A stretch of DNA of 64,000 bases from the human T2T-CHM13v2.0 reference genome, Homo sapiens. Location: the NCBI RefSeq assembly GCF_009914755.1, contig NC_060926.1; one strand, 5' to 3'. The first letter of the stretch is position 1; each line of letters starts with the position of its first letter. A program made the translations under genes and the position numbers. The notes under the pieces are model-generated. The model saw only the letters and a list, made by a program, of their open reading frames with translations, was not told the DNA's origin and ran no database searches. Shown in pieces: positions 55,323-64,000 of this stretch.

Positions 55323-55389
55323 CCTTATGGACAAAGCATAACATTCAGCCAGTAGACAAAAGAGAAATGTTTGCAGGGTCCAACTCCGC

Positions 55390-55925
55390 TACCGTTTGAT
55401 TGAGCAATTTCACTACTAGGTGTCTACCCAGAGGAAAATAAGTCCCTATAAGAGAAAGACACTTGGACTTGCATGTTTATAGCAGCACAATGCACAATTG
55501 AAAAAATATAGAACCAGCCTAAATGCCCATCCACCAAATGGAAAAGGAAAATGTGGTATATATGAACCATGGAATACTACTCAGCCATAAAAAGGAACAA
55601 AATAATGGCATTTGGAGAAACCTGGATGGAATTAGAGACTATTATTCTACGTGAAGTAACTCAGTAATGGAAAATCAAACATCAGAAGTTCTCACTTATA
55701 AGTGGGAGCTAAGCTATGAGGATGCAAAGGTATAATCATAATAAAACGGACTTTGGGGACTTGTGGGGAGGGTGGCTGGAGGGTGAGGGATAAAAGACTA
55801 CAAACTGTGTGCAGTGTACACTGCTTGGGTGACAGGTCCATCAATATCTCAGAAATCACCACTAAAGAACTTACCGATGTAACCAAACACCACCAATTTA
55901 CACAAAACTATTGAAATAACACTTT
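55390..55925 (+). mobile_element. L1PB 3' fragment
   Basis: ctacccagaggaaaataagtc...gggagctaagctatgaggatgcaaagg...cagaaatcaccactaaagaactt, an L1PB 3'UTR. Confidence 0.85.
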
Positions 55926-57069
55926 TTTAAATGTAAAAACAAAATGCAGGGCAAAGAAGAGTGGCTTTGGAACTGAACTTCAGAATAAATAATTAGCACA
56001 ACTGCCAATCTCTTTTCTTCTTTTAAAAATTTGGGTTAAAAACTAGAGACCTTGGACATCTGGAAAAGAGAGTTGGGAAGACAAAAGGAGACATACACAT
56101 ATTCACGGTTTCATATGTCACCTGATCACAGTTTTATGCAATACCAGCATGTCTCACAAATGTATGAAGTCCAAAACCACAAGTATAGGCCTAGGCTCTT
56201 GTAATTAGTAAAATGTCAATTTATTTAACTTTGTCATTATGTATATGCTCCATAAAAAAATAGTGAAACTACTACTTTTATTATAGGCCCATGTAATTTA
56301 TTACATTAAAATGCATTTCTCAGACTCAAAAAGTTTAGAACACTGTATAGGTGGACATGAATTAGAAGTACTCTAATAATTTACCTGTCTACATGAAGAT
56401 TTACTGTAATTCTCACAAAAACTTATTCATATTTAACCTAAAAATTGTTTTACATAGCTTATTCTTTTCCGCTGAAATTGTTTTATTTCCCTGCCACTTC
56501 TTTCTACGTTTGTCTAATACCTTAGTTCAGCTCATCACTCTAACAGTACATCCACCCATGGGGTTATCCAGTATCCCCCATGGTGGCTAGTGATTACTTC
56601 AGTATTTTCCCTGATGCTGTAACAAGGTCCAAGATATGCCCTGTGTCAGCCTAGGAAGCAAGCTCTCTGAAGCATATTCAAATTCATCCCCAAGGCATCA
56701 GGGAAATTCAGTAGCTAAATAAATATCTTCTCTTTAAAAATATTAATGATCATTTAAGTATAAAAAATAACAGATTGACTAGGTCTTCAAGAATGTGACT
56801 CTGAGATGAAGAACAAAGCTAAATGAACATACGTAGCCTTCATAAGCCGCATTTGATGTGTCTGACAGAAATTTCGTATCCAAACACATTTTAGGGTGAA
56901 GGTATGCTCTGAAACCCACCATTTACTTCATTTATATGTGCCACATGGTGGATGCCTGTAAGGACAGTATGTTTGTGCAGCTGAAAATCTGATCTTTGTT
57001 ACAGAAACTTCAATGCTAGCTTCCCAAGGTAAATGGAAGATCCAGCAGCCCCAGAAGATGACTTTGGTA

Positions 57070-57147
57070 GAGGATTATATGTGCCCATACACACGGAATG
57101 AGCTTGCCTAGAAGCTCATTTCATGTGCATGGGCACATATAATCCTC
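57070..57147. repeat. Inverted repeat: 36-bp arms, 6-nt spacer, 33/36 complementary
   Basis: GAGGATTATATGTGCCCATACACACGGAATGAGCTT-gcctag-AAGCTCATTTCATGTGCATGGGCACATATAATCCTC. Confidence 0.95.
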
Positions 57148-57754
57148 CATATTGCAATCATAATGAATGCTTTCTCTATAGGCTTCTAGTAAACTGGAGT
57201 GCATTTTATCAAACTTTTAATTCCTTATGATGACTGGCAAAGACCAAGAAAATCTAGGCTTTTTTTTCCCCCATGTTTTTACCCACAAAATCGAATGCTT
57301 ATACTAGGATTTGACAATCCACGACATTTGGGTAAAACTTCCAGCTTGTGACCCAAAGATTTTTGCAACCCTCATGCACACTACAGGAAGCAGTCAGTCT
57401 CCATGATTCATAAGAGTCCAGAGATCATTAGGTCTAAGACTGCTCTGGAAAAGTACAAGAATCACAGTCTTCTCAACAATGTAACTCAACAACCAAACTA
57501 TAAGCTAATAAATATCTTGTAAATCACATTGCATTACCATTATTCATGAAAAAATAATACTTATAGATTATAGGAAATTGTGTAAACACCGAAAATCAGA
57601 AAGAAAAGAAGTCACCCGCAATTTTATCAAAGCAATCATAAATACTATACAGGTATAGATTTTTTAGTCTTCATTTCAAAAGGACTACTTTGGTGTAATT
57701 TTGTGTAATTCCTTTTCTTGTTATCAGTATTCTGCCATGAAAATAATGTGTTGA

Positions 57755-57970
57755 TCATTTATTACATGCCAAATATTGTGTCAATTGATTTTTATATTTA
57801 TCTATTTTAATCCTCAGAATAACCTTATAAAGTGGATAGCTCTTTGTGGTTTCAGTTTGGGAAAAATGAGGTTCGGTAACATTAAAGTAACTTCCCCAAG
57901 ATACGTAACTAGCATGTGATAGAATCTGCTTTCCATTAGTGGCCTTTCTAATGCCAAATCTGTGCTTAGC
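57755..57970 (-). mobile_element. MIR SINE relic
   Basis: ttaatcctcagaataaccttataaagtgga...gaaaaatgaggttcggtaacattaaagtaacttccccaagat. Confidence 0.6.
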
Positions 57971-58652
57971 TGCTGTGATATGCTTAACACACGTTTTATA
58001 TTTTGCTCTAATCACTGAGTTTCTAAATGTTAACTAAAATGAAATTACATTATAAAAATGGTGATCGATAAATGTTGAATAAGTGAATGCATTTTTAATA
58101 AGAAGAGAAATGAGTAATTTTAATTTCCTGTAAAGAAGTGAGCACACTACAAATTGGAGGTGCATAGTAAATATTCATTGAAGCTTATGTTGTGATGATT
58201 ATACCAAGATGAACTTGAAGGATCTGATGAAAGGTGAAGAAGAATGTCTTCCTAAGGGAGCATCTTCTCATAGAAGGCTGAGCCTCTCTGTACCTAAAGA
58301 TCTCCATATACACTTAAGAGATCTGTTGCACAGTCTGACTCTTAGCTGCCTGGAGATAGAGTGTTTGAAGATTGTCTTCACGTGTCTCCCTCCACTAAAT
58401 GTTTTCTCCTTCCCTGATTCAGCAGAGGTGGCAGGACCTAATTAAAAAGAGCCCTGTGTGTGGCAGAAGATGTGGCTTCTCCAGTCAATTGGGCCACTAC
58501 GTAGCTAGTGGAATCCATTGTTTAAAGTTCACAATGAACTCGTTCTTTCTGGTGCTTTCCATGATTGAGAATTATGTCCTCTGGATAATGTCTAAAATAC
58601 TTTTCAACTCAGCGGTTTCATTAAGAAAAACTATTAAAACTCCTTCTATCAC

Positions 58653-59035
58653 TGTATTAATCTGCTCTCACTGCCAAAACAAAATACCACAGACTGTTTG
58701 ACTAACACAACAGAAATTATTTTCCCACAGTTCTGGAAGCTGGAAGTCCAACATGAAAATGTCAGCAGGGTTGATTCTGAGGGCATCTCCCTTGGTCTGT
58801 AGATGGCCCTCTTCTCCCTGTCTTCACATAGTCTCCTCATTGGGCATGTCTGTGTCCTAATATCATTTTCTTATAAGGACACCAGTCCTGTTAGATTAGA
58901 GTCTATCCTAACAGTCTCATTTTAATTTATTCACTTCATGAAGTGTACTGTTTCCAAATACAGTCGCATTCTGAGGTACTGGGGGCTGGGCCTTCAACAC
59001 ATGAATTTAGAGGAAACACAGTTCAGTCCACAACA
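58653..59035 (-). mobile_element. MLT1B-type (MaLR) solo LTR
   Basis: tgtattaatc...aaataccacagactg...cacagttctggaagctggaagtcc...cttataaggacaccagtc...ttcagtccacaaca. Confidence 0.8.
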
Positions 59036-59129
59036 ATTAGACTCTGCAAACCATCTAAAGAGCTTGTGTGAGCAGTCTTTAAGACCTCTCCTCCAACTCC
59101 ACTTCCTAAAACAAAACTAAAATATAGGA

Positions 59130-59495
59130 TTTTCAGCTCCATGAAGTAGTCAGGTATCCAGATCCTTCTGACCCTCTGCTTGGCCATTCCAACCCTCCAT
59201 CTTCCATTCTGAGAGTCCCAATAGGCTGCTGGAGCTTGAGGTATTCTATCTGCATGCCAGGCTGCAGAAGAAAGGAAGAAGTGAAGGCAAAGGGGATATT
59301 CCTCCCAGCTGAGTCAGCTCCCTTCAAGGAGCCTTCCAGTAAGTCCCATCCAATGCTCCTTCCATGCCATGCCTTATAGGTCTGACTTAGTCACCTGAAA
59401 ATACATGTCTGCAAGGGAAGTGGGGAAATGTAGTCATCCAGTTGAGCACATTCTTGCCTCAAACAAATCATTATTTCACTACCAAGAAATGGAGG
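59130..59495 (-). mobile_element. Old MLT1 (J/K-like) LTR fragment
   Basis: ggctgctggagc...cagctgagtcagctccc...acttagtcac...tgcaagggaagtggggaaatgtagt. Confidence 0.5.
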
Positions 59496-59499
59496 AACA

Positions 59500-59929
<430 letters not shown>

Positions 59930-60079
59930 TTAATTTTTGTTATATAACTAGGGATCTTTCCACAATCTCTTTGAACAATAAAGATCAGTATATAAGAGTT
60001 CTTATGTAAGAAGTAAAACAATTTCTACCTTAGTGTCAAAATTGGCAAAACTATCATTACTATTATAATGATGCACTAG

Positions 60080-60410
60080 ATTTGTGTCATTCAATATGGT
60101 AGCCACTAGTCATGTGTAACTATTGAACATTTGAAGTAAGTATGTCTGGTGAAAACTGTGATGTGTTTTAAGGCATCCCAGATTTTTAAGACTTCATATA
60201 AAAGTAAAATAATTTTATATAATTATTATGTAATGTTTTTAATACCGATTGTATATTTAAATAATATTTGCATCTACTGAGTTAAATAACCCTGTATTAA
60301 AATATAAATTAAGTTACTCTGTTTTAAAAAAAATTTTTTTTAAATACTGCTACTAGAAAATTTTAAATTACTTATGTGGTATGCATTATATTTCTATTAG
60401 ACAGCATTGA
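60080..60410. mobile_element. MER33-like (hAT-Charlie) DNA transposon
   Basis: caatatggtagccactagtcatgtg...actagaaaattttaaattacttatgtgg...tatttctattagacagcattg. Confidence 0.7.
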
Positions 60411-60459
60411 CCTGGGATATCACCCCAAATGTCAGTATTTCAGTAGCAGATTTCCTTTT

Positions 60460-62760
60460 ACTTTTTTATTTTAAAACATTTAATTGAAAAATAAAGATAG
60501 TATATATGTTCAAGGTGTACAATGTGATAATTTGATGTATGTATACATTGTGTAATAATTACCACAATCAAGTTAATCAACACAACCATCATCGTCTATG
60601 CTGTAAATTAGATCCCAGGAACTTGTTTGAACATCTTATAATTGAAAGTTTGTACCCTTTGATTAACATCTCTCCATTTCTCTTACCCTCTAACCCTGAC
60701 AAGTACTGTTCTATTCTCTGCTCCTGTGAGCTTGACCTCTTGAGATACCACATATTTGCCTTTCTATGTCTGGTTTATTTAACTCAGCATAATGACCTCC
60801 TGATTTATTCATGTTGCCACAAATAGCATGGTTTTCCTCTTTCTTATATATGTATGTGTGTATATATATATTCTTATTTATGTATGTGTGTTTATATATA
60901 TACACACACATATGGAGAGAGAGAGAGAGAGAGAGATGTCACAATTTCTTTATTATCTGTTGAGGGACACTAAGGTAGTCTCATGTTTTGGCTATTGTAG
61001 ATAATGCTGCAATGAACATGAGAGTGCGCATATCTCTTTGAGATACTGATTTCATTTCTTTCAGATGTATACTCAGAAGTGGAATTGCTAATATGGCAGA
61101 TCTACCTTTTGGTTTCTAGGGAACCTCCATGTTGTTTTGCATAATGCCTGTACCAATTTACATTACTACCAATTGTGTACAAGCCTTCCCTTTCTCTACA
61201 TTCTCACCAATACTTGTACCTTTTTTTTTTTCTTTTGGATAGCAGCCACCCTAACAGGTATGAGATGGTACCTATTGTGGTTTCAACTTGCATTGTGGTT
61301 TGGATTTGCATTTCCCTAAACGATTAACAATATGAATACCTGTTGGCCACTTCAATGTCCTCTTTGGAAAAATCTCTAGTGAAGGTCTTTGCTCTTTTTA
61401 TTATATTATTTGGGTTTTTTGTTTGTTTGTTTTGTTTTTTGCTATTGAGTTATATTATGAGTTTCTTGCATATTTTGTATAGTACCCTCTTATCAGATAG
61501 CTAGCTTGTAAATGTTTTCTCCCATTCTGTAGGTTGCCTTTTCATTCTGTTGCTTCCTTTGCTGTGCAGAAATTTGTTAGTTTGATGTAATCCCACATGT
61601 CTATTTTTGCTTTTGTTGCTTGTATTTTTAGTGTAATATCCAAAATCATTGCCTAGACCAATGTCAAGGATATATTCATCTATATTTTCTTCTCAGAGTG
61701 TTATGGTTTCAGGTATTATATTTAAGTCTGTAATACATTTCAAGTTAATTTTTGTGAGTGTTGTAAGACAAGGACTTAATTTCATTCTTTTGCAGGAGGA
61801 TATCCACTTTTCTCAACACCACTGGTTGAAGAGACTATTCTTTCACCACTGTGCAATAAGTTTATTTCTGAGTTCTGAGTTCTTTGTTCTGTTGATCTCT
61901 GTGTCTGTTTGTATGCCAGCATCATACTGTTCTGAGTCCTATGGCTTTGTGGTATACCTTGAAATTAGGAAATGTGGTGCTTTCAGCTTTATTTTTTCCT
62001 CAGGATTACTTTGGCTATTTGAAGTCTTTTTCGGTTTCATACAAATGTAAGGATTTTTTTATTCTACTTCTATGAAGACTGCCATTGGAAATTTGATAGG
62101 GATTATATTAAATATACAGATGACTTTGGGTAGTATGAACATTGTAACAATATTTATTCTTATTACTCGAACATGGGATATCTTTCCATTTTTGATGCTA
62201 TTGTAAATGGGATTGTTTATTTTATTTTCATATAGTTTGTTGTTAGTGTATAGAAATTCAACTTATTTTTGTATGTTGATTTTGTATCTTGCAACTTTAC
62301 GGAATTTATTTATTAGTTCTAGCAAATTTTTGGTGGAGTCCTTATGATTTTTTAATATATAATATCATGTCATCTACAAACATAGATAATTTACTTCTTT
62401 CTGATTTGGATTTTTTAATAATTTTACTTTTTCTTGCTTAACTTCTTAGGCTAGGACTTCCAGTACCCTGTTGAACAGAGGCAGCAGAAGTGGTTTGTCT
62501 TGTTTCTGATGTTAGATGAAAAGCTGTCAACCTTTAATGTTAAGTATGATGTTAGCTATAGGTTTGTCTTATATGGTCTTATATAGCCTTTACTATGTTG
62601 AGATACATTCCTTCTACACCTAAATCGTTAAGAGTTTTTTCATGAAGGGATGTTGACTTTTGTCAAATATTCTTTTCTGCGTCTATCAAGATGATCGTAA
62701 GATTTTTATCCTTAATTCCTTTAATTGATTTGCATATGTTGAGCTATGCTTGCATTGCAG
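60460..62760 (-). mobile_element. L1MA-class 3' fragment, antisense
   Basis: 3'UTR (caaggtgtacaatgtgat...ttaccacaatcaagttaat) followed by degenerate antisense ORF2. Confidence 0.8.
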
Positions 62761-62782
62761 CCTCTCCTTATTTAATTTTTAA

Positions 62783-63122
<340 letters not shown>

Positions 63123-63428
63123 TAAAAGTACTTCATTGAAGATAATTACACACATTCCTTCCTATGTTATAAATATTACTGATTAAATTGAGAAGTTGAC
63201 TTCTATAACATACTCATTATTTGTTGATGGTACTTTCCCTTCACACACACTTGCTATTTGTTCTATTTTTACTCAAGAACAAAGGTACTCATATTTTCAG
63301 AGCTAAGAATATTTTTTCCTGATTAAAGTGAATTTAGTCTAGAAAAGCAGCATATACTTGTATGTGAAGTGGAAAGTTGTTTTGTTTGTGGGCTAAAAAA
63401 AGTAGTTTGGAGACAAAAGAAAACCATA

Positions 63429-63431
<3 letters not shown>

Positions 63432-63468
<37 letters not shown>
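63432..63468. repeat. (CA)n microsatellite
   Basis: Uninterrupted AC run. Confidence 0.95.
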
Positions 63469-63470
<2 letters not shown>

Positions 63471-63487
63471 CACTTCCTTCAGCCTTA

Positions 63488-64000
63488 TGTGTTAGTAAGG
63501 GTTCCCTAGAGAGAATCAATAGGAGACTGTGTGTGTGTGTGTGTGTCTGTGTGTGTGTGTGCCTGTGTGTGTGGGTGGGGGGGTAGGGGAAATGATTCAC
63601 ATGGCTGTTAAGGCTGAGAGGACTCACAACATGCCATTTGCAAGGTGGAGACACTGGGATGTTTATAGCGTGACTAACTCCAAGTTTGAAGGCTGGAGAA
63701 CCAGGGAAGCCAATAGTGTAACTCTCAGGCTGAGGCCAAAGGCCTGAGAACCCAAGGGGGTGGGGTGCACCAGTGTAAGACCTAGAGGCCAAAGGCTGAG
63801 GCGCCTGGAGTTGTTGTTCAAGGACAGGAGAGGAAGAGTACATCCCAGCTCCTGCAGATAGATGAACATGTTCATTTTTTCTGTTTTTGTTCTCTCTAGG
63901 CCCCTAGCAGGTTGGATGGTGCCTGCCAAACCTGAGGACAGATCTTCCCCTCCTAGTGCACTCAGACTCACATGTCTCCTCTGGAAACACCTTCAGACAC
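63488..64000 (-). mobile_element. MLT2B-type (ERVL) LTR with internal (TG)n, running off the window end
   Basis: tgtgttagtaagggttccctagagagaatcaatagga(TG)n...gaaccagggaagccaatagtgtaactctcaggctgaggccaaaggcctgagaacc. Confidence 0.75.

Larger units (their letters stand above)
54650..56000. mobile_element. LTR41-like ERVL LTR interrupted by AluY and L1PB
   Basis: ctgcagcggccctctagtgccccttatggacaaagcataacattcagccag...gagaaatgtttgcagggtcc, resuming after the L1 as gcagggcaaagaagagtggctttggaactga...attagcaca; left boundary uncertain. Confidence 0.5.

Noticed and set aside
56552-56586. Short hairpin CCACCCATGGGG...CCCCATGGTGG
   Set aside because: An ~11-bp stem with a bulge; expected by chance at this scale.
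63334-63843. 169-aa minus-strand ORF with HT/CV runs
   Set aside because: Made of MLT2 LTR and (CA)n/(TG)n sequence.

Overview
This is primate (human-like) genomic DNA, almost entirely intronic, from a large neuronal gene on the + strand. Three spliced coding exons (3942-4145, 16213-16397, 44201-44344) join in frame into a laminin-G domain that I recognise as CNTNAP5 (Caspr5, neurexin superfamily; exons 5-7 by my recollection of the gene model). The rest is interspersed repeat: a near full-length but decayed sense-strand L1PB (20997-28159, target-site duplication (TSD) visible), several truncated L1s, Alus, ERVL/MaLR solo LTRs (MLT1, MLT2, LTR41-like), DNA-transposon fossils (MER63, MER58, Tigger1, MADE1, MER33), MIR/L2 relics and microsatellites. 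Repeat subfamily names come from remembered consensus sequences, and many old-repeat boundaries are approximate. Nearly all ORFs in the track are repeat-derived or chance. I cannot support a new protein-coding system. The best leads are non-coding: a 78-nt near-perfect hairpin not explained by any repeat I recognise (57070-57147), an 18/21 REST/NRSE match (7453-7473), a composite L1 insertion resembling a 3' transduction (26980-27227), inverted Alus around exon 6, a tandem GT donor at exon 7, and candidate cryptic or poison exons.
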